From SAR86 cluster bacterium AG-313-N18 (GTDB lineage: Bacteria; Pseudomonadota; Gammaproteobacteria; Magnimaribacterales; D2472): a stretch of DNA of 64,000 bases. Position numbers and translations under genes: made by a program. Below are positions 55,315 to 64,000 of this stretch, in pieces. The notes under the pieces were generated by a model. It had not been told where the DNA came from. It was given only the letters and a program-made list of their open reading frames with translations, and did no database searches. The DNA is taken from positions 34,395-98,394 of the forward strand of contig QBVY01000002.1 in NCBI GenBank assembly GCA_003283765.1, written 5' to 3'. How positions within the stretch are numbered: the first letter of the stretch is position 1; each line of letters opens with the position of its first letter.

Positions 55315-55911
55315 TTAAAAATTATTTTTTTCTATTATATTCCGAAACGTCAAATTAATTCGTGGACCAATGACTTTTCGTGTCTTTTTTATTGAATGTT
55401 GCCAATTTTTTTGAGTTTTACCATCAATCAATATTAAGCAGCCATGAACCTGAGGAATCGAAAGGGTCTCTTTGTTGATTTTATTCCTGAATACCAAATC
55501 TCTCTCACTGCCAAAGGAAATTGAGGCAATGGTTGGACTGGGGCCTAGCTCCTTCTCATCATCAGAATGCCATCCCATTGAATCTTTTCCATCTCGATAA
55601 TAATTTACAAGAACAGAGTTAAAATCCATTTTCAATTCTTTGTGTATTTTCTTTCGAATCATTGTTAAATCTTTGGTCCAGTTTTGTCGATTTAATTTTT
55701 TGCCTGAATATTTATAGTCACATCCCTCGTCACCTATCCAGCATTGCAATCTAGGGATAGTCGTATCTTTTCCAAACATTTTAATTACCATTGATTCCCA
55801 GGATAGTTTTGATATTAGTTTTGTAAGAAATTCATCGGAATCAATTGGATTAAAAAAATTCTCTTCGATTCGAATTTTTAGATCGTTGTGAGATACAATT
55901 TCATTCTTCAT
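55315..55911 (-). CDS. AlkB-family 2OG-Fe(II) dioxygenase (ALKBH2/3-like)
   Basis: PRL..W, FNSVL.NYYRDG.DSMGWHSDDE, WQH, RINLTFR. Confidence 0.9.
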   Translation of the reverse strand: MKNEIVSHNDLKIRIEENFFNPIDSDEFLTKLISKLSWESMVIKMFGKDTTIPRLQCWIGDEGCDYKYSGKKLNRQNWTKDLTMIRKKIHKELKMDFNSVLVNYYRDGKDSMGWHSDDEKELGPSPTIASISFGSERDLVFRNKINKETLSIPQVHGCLILIDGKTQKNWQHSIKKTRKVIGPRINLTFRNIIEKNNF

Positions 55912-55960
55912 AAGAGAGTTAGTATAAATATGTTTTCATTAAATCCAATTGGTCAATTCA

Positions 55961-57184
55961 ATGAGTAAAGTATTAATCGTTGGAGGAGGACATGCTGGAG
56001 CTAATACAGCCTTTGCATTAAGAAAAGATGGTTTTGATGGAGACATTACTATTATCAGTGATGAGAGTTACCTTCCTTATCATAGACCCCCGCTGTCTAA
56101 AGATTTCTTAAAACAAAATATAGCTATTGAAAAGCTAAGCTTTAAATCTTCTAACTTCTATGAAGAGCAAAATATCTCTATTAATCTGAATACTAGAATC
56201 AATACCATTGACCTAGAATCAAACCATGCTAACGCAAAAGATACATCATTTGATTTTGATTATTTAGTTTTTGCAACTGGAGCATCTCCAAGATTTCTAC
56301 CTATGGAAAATGCTGATGCTAAAAACTTGTTTTATTTGAGGCAGATAACAGATGTTTTATCTATACAAAAATCAATTGGTTCATCTAAAAATATAGTATT
56401 GATTGGTGGAGGCTATATAGGTCTAGAGGTAGCCTCTGCAATGATTGAGTTAGGTCTTAATGTGACTATTTTAGAGGCAGAGGAACGTATTCTTCAGAGG
56501 GTCACAAGCCCTGATGTATCAAGGTTTTATAATGATTTTCATACAAAAAAAGGTGTCGAAATTATTTGTAATGCCAGGGTTAGCAGTTTAAATGCTGAAA
56601 ACAAACTGATTAATACAGTATCGTTGGAATCTGGTCAGAGCATTTCTGCTGATATGGTTTTAGTGGGCATAGGAGCAATCCCCAATATACAACTTGCAGA
56701 TTCAATTGGTTTAGAGTGCGACAATGGGATCAAGACAGATCAATATTGCAGAACTTCTATTCCACATATCCTTGCTGTGGGTGACTGCACCTCATCATTT
56801 AATACTCTTTTTAATAGGGAATTTCGACTTGAAAGTGTGCCAAATGCTCTTGCGCAATCAAAAGTTGCTTCTTCCTCAATTGTTGGGAATGATCTTTTTA
56901 ATAGCGAAATGCCATGGTTTTGGTCTGACCAATATGATTTGAAATTGCAAATGGCAGGTTTATCAAGCGGTTATGACGAATGTCATATTATTGGTGATAT
57001 TGATTCAGCTGAATTTGTTGCTTGCTATGGTAAAGAAGGGCATTTAATAGCGGTTGATAGCGTGAACCAATCTAAGCAATTTATGTTGTTCAAAAAAGCT
57101 CTTGGTAATGGTTTTAAACTTGAGATGAGTCTAATAAAAGATAAAAATTTTCAACCCGACTCCATTTTTTCAGGTTCAAATTAG
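55961..57184 (+). CDS. FAD-dependent NAD(P)H:ferredoxin reductase (putidaredoxin reductase-like)
   Basis: GGGHAG, PYHRPPLSK, GGGYIGLE, GDC, RLESVPNA, PWFWSDQYD; ATG at 55961 preferred. Confidence 0.9.
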   Translation: MSKVLIVGGGHAGANTAFALRKDGFDGDITIISDESYLPYHRPPLSKDFLKQNIAIEKLSFKSSNFYEEQNISINLNTRINTIDLESNHANAKDTSFDFDYLVFATGASPRFLPMENADAKNLFYLRQITDVLSIQKSIGSSKNIVLIGGGYIGLEVASAMIELGLNVTILEAEERILQRVTSPDVSRFYNDFHTKKGVEIICNARVSSLNAENKLINTVSLESGQSISADMVLVGIGAIPNIQLADSIGLECDNGIKTDQYCRTSIPHILAVGDCTSSFNTLFNREFRLESVPNALAQSKVASSSIVGNDLFNSEMPWFWSDQYDLKLQMAGLSSGYDECHIIGDIDSAEFVACYGKEGHLIAVDSVNQSKQFMLFKKALGNGFKLEMSLIKDKNFQPDSIFSGSN

Positions 57185-57210
57185 TTAAAATATATTATAC
57201 GGAGAAAATT

Positions 57211-58116
57211 ATGACCATAAGATTTGATGACAAAGTAGCAATCGTAACAGGTGCAGGCGGAGGGCTTGGAAAGCAACATGCTCTCGAGTTTGCAAGGAGA
57301 GGAGCAAAAGTTGTTGTTAATGATCTTGGAAGTGCTGTTGATGGCTCTGGAGGTTCTAGCGATGCAGCAAATGCGGTTGTAGAAGAGATTAAAGCTGAGG
57401 GCGGAGAGGCAATAGCAAATGGTTCTAGCGTCGCTGATCAAGAAGGCGTATCTAAAATGGTTGCTGAAACCATGGAGAAATGGGGCCGAATAGATATTTT
57501 GGTTAACAACGCAGGAATTTTAAGAGATAAAAGTTTTCATAAGGTTACAATCGAAGAATTTAATCAAGTCATGGATGTGCACTTTCAAGGCAGCTTTTAT
57601 GCATCCCATGCTGTTTATCCAATTATGCGAGAGCAAAATTTTGGCAGAATAATTTTTACTACATCATCAGGCGGGCTTGTGGGGAGCTTTGGTCAAACAA
57701 ACTACGGCGCAGCAAAAATGGGTATGATCGGTTTAATGAATTGCTTAAAGATAGAGGGGCAAAAATATAATGTTTTCTCAAGCGCTGTTTCCCCAGTTGC
57801 TTTATCGAGAATGACAGAATCTTTAATGCCGGAGGGCATTGGAGAGAGATTTTTACCTGAGTATGTAACTCCAGCGGTGATTTATCTTGCTAGTGAAGAA
57901 AGTCAAAATGGAGCAATTATTGGCGCTGGCGCCGGTGTATTTACCAGATTCAGGATTTTAGAAACAATGGGCCTAGCTCTAGGAACTGGCGATGAAATGA
58001 CTCCTGAGAATATAGCAGCTGGTTGGGATTCAGTCTCTGATCTAGATGATGCAAGAGAATTGTTTAGTGGACCTGAGCAAACTATTAAAATTCTTGAACA
58101 GGCCGATAAAGCTTAA
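57211..58116 (+). CDS. SDR oxidoreductase (MFE-2 type (R)-3-hydroxyacyl-CoA dehydrogenase-like)
   Basis: TGAGGGLG, VVVNDLG, NNAGILRD, YGAAK. Confidence 0.88.
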   Translation: MTIRFDDKVAIVTGAGGGLGKQHALEFARRGAKVVVNDLGSAVDGSGGSSDAANAVVEEIKAEGGEAIANGSSVADQEGVSKMVAETMEKWGRIDILVNNAGILRDKSFHKVTIEEFNQVMDVHFQGSFYASHAVYPIMREQNFGRIIFTTSSGGLVGSFGQTNYGAAKMGMIGLMNCLKIEGQKYNVFSSAVSPVALSRMTESLMPEGIGERFLPEYVTPAVIYLASEESQNGAIIGAGAGVFTRFRILETMGLALGTGDEMTPENIAAGWDSVSDLDDARELFSGPEQTIKILEQADKA

Positions 58117-58724
58117 GCAGAAAAACTTTGTCTTGATGACATTAATCGGGTGTGCCTTTCAATTTCAGGGTAATCTCCAAGATTTAGTTGGTTAAGTCCA
58201 ATAAAAAAATCAGTTGTTGTAATCATTTGAATATCAGCAAAAGTATATCTTTCACCAGCAACAAATTCGGATTCTGAAAGCACGCCGTTAAAATATTTGA
58301 GTGATTTTATTCCAATGCTTTTTTGTGTCTCTCCATAGTCCTTATTTTGTGTTTCTAAGCTAGACATTGCTGGATGAAGGTGCCTAAAACCCATTGCTAA
58401 AGGTATCATAAGTTCGTTATAAATTCTGGCTTGCCACATTTCAATTGAAGCAATTTCCATTGGACTTTCTCCAAACAAGTTTGGTTCTGGGTAAAGAGAT
58501 TCAAGATATCTACATATAGCTGTTGATTCCATGATGACGGTACCATCATCAAGTTCAAGCGCTGGAATTCGTGAATTTGGAGCCAGGGCACGATATTCAG
58601 GGGTTTTGTGCTCACCTTTCATCAGATCAATGTCAATCATTTCAATATCAGTAATATTTTTTTCAGCCAAGAACATTCTTACTTTTCGTGGGCTATTTGC
58701 CATTTTGTTGTTGTAAAGCTTCAT
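58113..58724 (-). CDS. Glutathione S-transferase (GTT2-like)
   Basis: PRKVRMFLAEK, IP.LELDDG...ES.AI.RYLE, F.AG..YT.ADI. Confidence 0.9.
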   Translation of the reverse strand: MKLYNNKMANSPRKVRMFLAEKNITDIEMIDIDLMKGEHKTPEYRALAPNSRIPALELDDGTVIMESTAICRYLESLYPEPNLFGESPMEIASIEMWQARIYNELMIPLAMGFRHLHPAMSSLETQNKDYGETQKSIGIKSLKYFNGVLSESEFVAGERYTFADIQMITTTDFFIGLNQLNLGDYPEIERHTRLMSSRQSFSA

Positions 58725-58726
58725 AT

Positions 58727-59002
58727 CTATACTTCCTTTTTGGTGGCTAAATTTTGTTCTTCGCCAGATTTTTTATTATTGTAATAGCCTTTAAATGCAA
58801 TATAAGTTTGTATGAGATTAGCTATAACAAATGCAGGCAGATCAACAAATAGGAAAACAACTGCACCAGCAAACCTACTGATGCCTGTCAAAATATAACC
58901 ATTTAGTCGAGTCTCATGTTTAACTGAGCTTACCAAAGCTAAACTTAGGATACTCAACACCAAGATTACCCATTGTCCATATTGTAAAAAACTCTCAATC
59001 AT
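58727..59002 (-). CDS. Small hypothetical membrane protein (~3 TM)
   Basis: 91 aa hydrophobic ORF; ATGA-coupled to the upstream MFS gene, and its stop lies 2 nt before the GST start. Confidence 0.7.
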   Translation of the reverse strand: MIESFLQYGQWVILVLSILSLALVSSVKHETRLNGYILTGISRFAGAVVFLFVDLPAFVIANLIQTYIAFKGYYNNKKSGEEQNLATKKEV

Positions 59003-60327
59003 GAGGGCTCACTTTTTGCTAATTCAAGATTATTTTTCTCAGCAGTTGCCCAATCTTCGGGAAGTTTACGCGCAACAACTAAAAAGCTAATAATTGATGG
59101 AATAAATACAAGTGATGTTACTGTCATGGCATATCTAATGGATTCAACCTCACCATTGTTAGCTTTAAATAAATCAATCATCCAGCCTGAAATACTTGGT
59201 CCAAGTCCCAAACCAATCATATTTAAAATAAAAAAGAAAAGGGCAGTGGACATAGCACGCATATGGATTGGAGCTAAAGTTTGTGCAATTGCAAAACTTG
59301 GTCCCAGGTATATTCCCATAAAGATTAAAAACAATGATGTGAATACTAGGTTCATCTCAACAGAAGTTGACCACCATGCCGCAATTCCCAGAGGCAGACA
59401 AAGCGCAATTGATATGGCTGGAAGCCACCCATAAGCTCTTATATCTTTTTTGCCCCAGCTATCCGCTAGCCTTGCTCCAAAGAATGCTCCACCTGCATAA
59501 GTGAGACCGTTTACAAAACCTAGAATAATAACCAGGGTCTGGAAATCAAAACTTGGATCCAAAGTAACTAGATATTTGGTATGAAAGGCAGACTTAGAAT
59601 ATGAAACAAAGGATCCAAAGGCAATACCAAAGCACATTGCCCACCATGCTGGAATCTTAAGAAGAGTTTTGAGAGATTCTAAAAAGGGGGGTTTTGCAAT
59701 TTCCCTTTGATCGCTAAATTCCATTGCTCCACGAATAGGTTCGTGTATTGTTAACTTAACCACTATGGCTAAAAGAATTCCTGTAACGCCCAAGAAAACA
59801 AATATTTCTCTCCAATTTACATCCTCGCTGGATGCTCCTATAAGGGCTGCAGTAACAAAGTAAGCAGCCATAATGCCGAGCGGTATACCCATAGCATATA
59901 CCCCTAGAGCGCTGGCCCTTTCTTCTTTTGGATACATGTCAGAGATAATTGAATGAGATGGTGGGCTTCCCCCTGCTTCACCAATACCAACTCCCATTCT
60001 AGCAAGGCCGATCTGAATAAAATTTGTTGCTAGGCCGGTTAATGCCGTAAACCCACTCCATGTCGCAAGAGCCAACGATAGTATATTAACTCTGTTATAT
60101 CTATCTGCTAACCAAGCGATTGGGATGGCAACAGTTGTATAGAATATTGCAAATGCTAAGCCTATTAATAATCCTAATTCTGTATTAGTTAGATTAAGGT
60201 CCTCTTGAATAAAAGGAGCTAAGATTCCTACAATTTGTCGATCAATAAAATTAAATCCATAGACAACAGTGAGCAGTATTAGAACAAAAGTGCGATAACC
60301 TTTTGTTGGCTGATGAGCGTCAGTCAT
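58999..60327 (-). CDS. Spinster-like MFS transporter
   Basis: NFIDRQI..IL, LADRYNR, R.GVGIGEAG..PPSHSIISD.YP...RA.A. Confidence 0.9.
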   Translation of the reverse strand: MTDAHQPTKGYRTFVLILLTVVYGFNFIDRQIVGILAPFIQEDLNLTNTELGLLIGLAFAIFYTTVAIPIAWLADRYNRVNILSLALATWSGFTALTGLATNFIQIGLARMGVGIGEAGGSPPSHSIISDMYPKEERASALGVYAMGIPLGIMAAYFVTAALIGASSEDVNWREIFVFLGVTGILLAIVVKLTIHEPIRGAMEFSDQREIAKPPFLESLKTLLKIPAWWAMCFGIAFGSFVSYSKSAFHTKYLVTLDPSFDFQTLVIILGFVNGLTYAGGAFFGARLADSWGKKDIRAYGWLPAISIALCLPLGIAAWWSTSVEMNLVFTSLFLIFMGIYLGPSFAIAQTLAPIHMRAMSTALFFFILNMIGLGLGPSISGWMIDLFKANNGEVESIRYAMTVTSLVFIPSIISFLVVARKLPEDWATAEKNNLELAKSEPS

Positions 60328-60408
60328 GTGAATCTTCCCCTAGTTTATGATGCTGTAATTATAGCCTAGGGAGAAGAATTATATCGATCTAATCATCAAG
60401 TTGATGGG

Positions 60409-61653
60409 TTACTCCCAGTTTAAAGCACCACCTGTTTGATATTCAATTACCCTAGTCTCAAAGAAGTTCTTTTCTTTCCTAAGATCCATGATCTCTGACA
60501 TCCAAGGGAAGGGATTAGTCGCTCCCTTGAACTCTTCATCTAACCCAATTTGAGTTAACCTTCTATTGGCGATGAATTGTAGGTATTCTTCCATCATGGA
60601 AGCATTCATTCCTAGAACACCTCTAGGCATAGTGTCTCTTGCGTACTGAATCTCAAGCTCTGTTCCTTCAAGAATCATCTGCGCAGCCTCAGCTTTCATC
60701 TCTTCGTCCCAAAGGTGTGGGTTTTCAATTTTAATTTGATTAATAACATCAATTCCAAAATTTACATGCATAGATTCATCTCTCAAAATGTATTGAAATT
60801 GTTCAGCAGTTCCTGTCATCTTATTTCGTCTTCCCATCGATAAGATTTGGGTAAAACCACAATAAAAGAATATGCCCTCAAGTACACAATAGAATGCTAT
60901 TAGATTTCTTAAGAGCTGCTTATCAGTTTCAGTTGTTCCAGTTTGGAAGGTTGGATCAGAAATTTGTTGAGTGTATTTCAAACCCCAGGCTGCCTTTTTA
61001 GCAACACTTGGGATTTCTCTATACATATTAAATATTTCTCCCTCATCCATACCAAGTGATTCGATGCAGTACTGATATGCATGAGTATGTATAGCTTCTT
61101 CCAAGCTCTGTCTTAATATATATTGCCGGCATTCAGGATTTGTTACCAATCTATAAAGAGCGAGAACCAGATTATTTGCGACTAAGGAGTCTGCAGTAGA
61201 AAAGAACCCAAGATTTCTCTTGACTATTGTTCTTTCATCATCAGTCAAGCCATCTTCTGATTTCCATAGAGCTATATCTGCAGTCATATTAACTTCTTGT
61301 GGCATCCAATGATTAGCACTTCCGTCGAGATACTTTTGCCAAGCCCAGTCATATTTGAATGGAACCAATTGATTAAGGTCAGCTTTACAATTGATCATAG
61401 CCTTATCATCAACTTGAACTCTGCCATTGTGCATTTCATCCAGCTCTTTTACACCTTCCGATGCATCAAAGGTCTCCATAGCTTTTCTAGCTGCCTCTGC
61501 TCTTGATCCTGCCTCAACAGCTGCAGTTGTGGTCTCAGCTTTAGGCTCAAGCTGAGCTACAGGCTCAACATGTTTAGGTGCCTCTGGTGCTGTGTTTTTG
61601 ATTGCAGGTGCTACCTGAGTCTCTTCTTTATTGTATTCATCCCAATTTAACAT
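60409..61653 (-). CDS. nrdB: Class I ribonucleotide reductase beta subunit (Pseudomonas-type)
   Basis: [41 protein letters not shown]. Confidence 0.96.
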   Translation of the reverse strand: MLNWDEYNKEETQVAPAIKNTAPEAPKHVEPVAQLEPKAETTTAAVEAGSRAEAARKAMETFDASEGVKELDEMHNGRVQVDDKAMINCKADLNQLVPFKYDWAWQKYLDGSANHWMPQEVNMTADIALWKSEDGLTDDERTIVKRNLGFFSTADSLVANNLVLALYRLVTNPECRQYILRQSLEEAIHTHAYQYCIESLGMDEGEIFNMYREIPSVAKKAAWGLKYTQQISDPTFQTGTTETDKQLLRNLIAFYCVLEGIFFYCGFTQILSMGRRNKMTGTAEQFQYILRDESMHVNFGIDVINQIKIENPHLWDEEMKAEAAQMILEGTELEIQYARDTMPRGVLGMNASMMEEYLQFIANRRLTQIGLDEEFKGATNPFPWMSEIMDLRKEKNFFETRVIEYQTGGALNWE

Positions 61654-61667
61654 TTTTCTCTCCGTAT

Positions 61668-64000
61668 TTACTGACAGGCTTCGCAGTCAGGATCATCCAA
61701 GGAGCATGCTTCTGGCACAGGTGCTGGTGCACCAAGTTCATGCGGAACTTCTGGTGCTGATTCAGCCTGAGCGCTTACTGCATTTAAGCTGCCTTGGTTG
61801 ATGGTTGATTTTTCAGTTGTTGTTGCTGCTATAGATCTAAGATAATAAGTAGTTTTTAAGCCCGAATACCATGCCATTCTGTATGTAAGATCTAGTTTTT
61901 TTCCGTTGGCATTACCTATATATAGATTTAATGATTGAGCTTGATCTATCCACTTTTGTCTTCTGCTTGCTGATTCAACAATGTATTGAGGCTCCACTTC
62001 AAATGCTGTGGAAAAAAGTTTTTTAATATCATCAGGAATTCTTGATATTTCACTTAAACTACCTTCAAAATATTTCAGGTCATTAATCATAACGTCATCC
62101 CATAAGTCTAACGCCTTGAGTTTTCTAACCAGGTGAGGGTTTACAATAGTAAATTCGCCAGAAAGGTTTGATTTAACGTATAGGTTTTGATACGTAGGTT
62201 CAATTGATTGAGTTACTCCGGTAATATTAGAAATTGTTGCTGTGGGTGCAATTGCCATCACATTAGAATTTCTCATTCCATCTTTTTTTACTTTTGCGCG
62301 TAATTTTTCCCAATCCAGCGTTTCAGACCTATCAACTTTTATAAACTCACTGCCACGATTCTTTTCTAGAATATCTATTGAATCTTTTGGAAAAATTCCC
62401 TGACTCCATAGAGAGCCATCATATGACGGGTATGTTCCTCTTTCTTTTGCGAGCTCGTTTGATGCTTGAATTGCATAGTAACTGATTACCTCCATGCTTC
62501 TATCTGCAAACTCAATGGCCGCATCAGAACAGTAGGGTGCGTCTTGCATATAGAGTGCATCCTGGAAGCCCATCAGCCCCATTCCTACTGGACGATGTTT
62601 AAGGTTTGAGTTCTTTGCTGTATCTACTGAGTAATAATTTATGTCAATCACATTATCAAGCATACGAAGAGCAGTGGTTACTGTACGTTTTACTTTTTCT
62701 TCATCCAGTACACCATCTTTCATATGTTGAGGAAGGTTTACTGATCCAAGATTACAAACAGCTATTTCATCATTGCTTGTGTTGAGAGTGATCTCAGTGC
62801 ATAAGTTAGATGAGTGAATCACCCCAATATGCTGTTGCGGCGAACGTAAATTACATGAATCTTTAAAGGTTATCCATGGATGCCCCGTTTCAAATAACAT
62901 AGTAAGCATTTTTCTCCATAGATCTTTGGCTGGAATAGTTTTGTGTTGATCCATTTTTCCTTCAGCAGCCAACGCTTCGTATTCCTCATATCTTTTTTCA
63001 AATGCAAGACCTGTAAGATCATGTAAGTCTGGGGCTTCACCAGGAGAAAAAAGAGTCCAATTTTGATCTAACTCTACCCTTTTCATAAACAAATCAGGTA
63101 CCCAGTTAGCAGTATTCATATCGTGAGTTCTTCTTCTATCATCTCCGGTATTTTTTCTGAGATCTAAGAATTCTTCTATGTCTAAGTGCCATGTTTCTAG
63201 GTATGCACACATAGCTCCTTTTCTTTTGCCTCCCTGATTAACTGCAACGGCTGTATCATTAGCAACTTTTAGGAACGGAACAACACCCTGACTTTTGCCG
63301 TTTGTTCCTTTGATGTATGAGCCTAATGCTCTTACAGGCGACCAGTCATTTCCAAGTCCTCCTGCCCACTTTGATAGCAATGCGTTGTCTTTCATTGCTC
63401 CGAATATTCCATCTAGATCGTCTGGAATAGTTGTTAAGTAGCATGATGAGAGCTGAGGACGTAAAGTGCCAGAGTTAAAGAGGGTTGGTGTTGAGCTCAT
63501 ATAATCAAAGCTTGAAAGCAATCTGTAAAACTCAATAGCTCTTTCTTCTTTCTGATCTTCTTCGACAGCTAGACCCATAGCAACTCTCATAAAAAAGATT
63601 TGGGGAAGTTCATACCTTGTGTCCTGATAATGAATAAAGTACCTGTCATAAAGCGTCTGCAGACCTAGATATGTGAATTGATAGTCTCTGTCATGGTCTA
63701 TGGCTTCTCCTAATTTTTTTAAGTCAAACTCTTTTAAAATTGGATCCAACATTTCTAATTCAACACCTTTATCTATGTATGCTGAGAAAGCTTTTGGATA
63801 ATAGTCTTGCATCTCCGGATGTGAACTTTCTTCAGCTATACCGAGAAAGGATAAGGCTTCGCTCCTAAGCTCATCCAGCAGGATTCTGGCTGTTACGTAA
63901 CTATAGTTAGGCTCTTGTTCTACTTTGGTTCTTGCTGACATGACAAGAGCTGACTTCATATCACTGATTGAAACGCCGTCATATAAATTCTTGACCGACT
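61668..64000 (-). CDS. nrdA: Class I ribonucleotide reductase alpha subunit (5' end outside the window)
   Basis: TPTLFN, QLSSC, SNLCTE, CNLGS, APTAT, KTTYYLR, C-terminal CEAC; the frame is open to the window edge. Confidence 0.97.
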   Translation of the reverse strand, partial: SVKNLYDGVSISDMKSALVMSARTKVEQEPNYSYVTARILLDELRSEALSFLGIAEESSHPEMQDYYPKAFSAYIDKGVELEMLDPILKEFDLKKLGEAIDHDRDYQFTYLGLQTLYDRYFIHYQDTRYELPQIFFMRVAMGLAVEEDQKEERAIEFYRLLSSFDYMSSTPTLFNSGTLRPQLSSCYLTTIPDDLDGIFGAMKDNALLSKWAGGLGNDWSPVRALGSYIKGTNGKSQGVVPFLKVANDTAVAVNQGGKRKGAMCAYLETWHLDIEEFLDLRKNTGDDRRRTHDMNTANWVPDLFMKRVELDQNWTLFSPGEAPDLHDLTGLAFEKRYEEYEALAAEGKMDQHKTIPAKDLWRKMLTMLFETGHPWITFKDSCNLRSPQQHIGVIHSSNLCTEITLNTSNDEIAVCNLGSVNLPQHMKDGVLDEEKVKRTVTTALRMLDNVIDINYYSVDTAKNSNLKHRPVGMGLMGFQDALYMQDAPYCSDAAIEFADRSMEVISYYAIQASNELAKERGTYPSYDGSLWSQGIFPKDSIDILEKNRGSEFIKVDRSETLDWEKLRAKVKKDGMRNSNVMAIAPTATISNITGVTQSIEPTYQNLYVKSNLSGEFTIVNPHLVRKLKALDLWDDVMINDLKYFEGSLSEISRIPDDIKKLFSTAFEVEPQYIVESASRRQKWIDQAQSLNLYIGNANGKKLDLTYRMAWYSGLKTTYYLRSIAATTTEKSTINQGSLNAVSAQAESAPEVPHELGAPAPVPEACSLDDPDCEACQ

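Noticed and set aside
60409-61653. NrdB N-terminal Ala/Pro/Glu extension or class Ic character
   Set aside because: The extension is typical of Pseudomonas-type NrdB, and the Asp ligand and radical Tyr (HTHAY) are present, so it is an ordinary class Ia subunit.

Overview
AT-rich, extremely compact gammaproteobacterial chromosome segment. Genes abut or overlap, and the gene order is Pseudomonadales-like with accessory genes missing, consistent with a streamlined marine lineage such as SAR86 (inference). Content is mostly core housekeeping: the end of the isc operon (iscA-fdx-iscX); ndk-rlmN-rodZ-ispG-hisS-yfgM-bamB-der; sdhCDAB-sucAB-lpdA-sucCD; murJ-ribF-ileS-lspA-ispH; ampD-ampG; groESL; rpsP-rimM-trmD-rplS-xerD-dsbC-hom-thrC; prfB (programmed +1 frameshift)-lysS; mdh; and nrdAB. 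Small lipid/redox accessory modules are interspersed. I saw no rRNA, tRNA, CRISPR array, IS or prophage. Most notable oddities: (1) ribosomal proteins S16 and L19 in one operon both carry ~100-130 aa acidic repeat extensions; (2) the malate dehydrogenase has a 6-residue insertion in its substrate-specificity loop; (3) a tightly coupled operon joins two acyl-CoA ligases, a putatively F420-dependent LLM oxidoreductase and the AMPylase SelO; (4) an MFS / tiny 3-TM protein / GST operon has an anti-Shine-Dalgarno inverted repeat in its leader; (5) an acyltransferase has an apparently non-canonical start; (6) hscBA and ffh are absent from their conserved positions. All family assignments come from motif recognition, not database searches.
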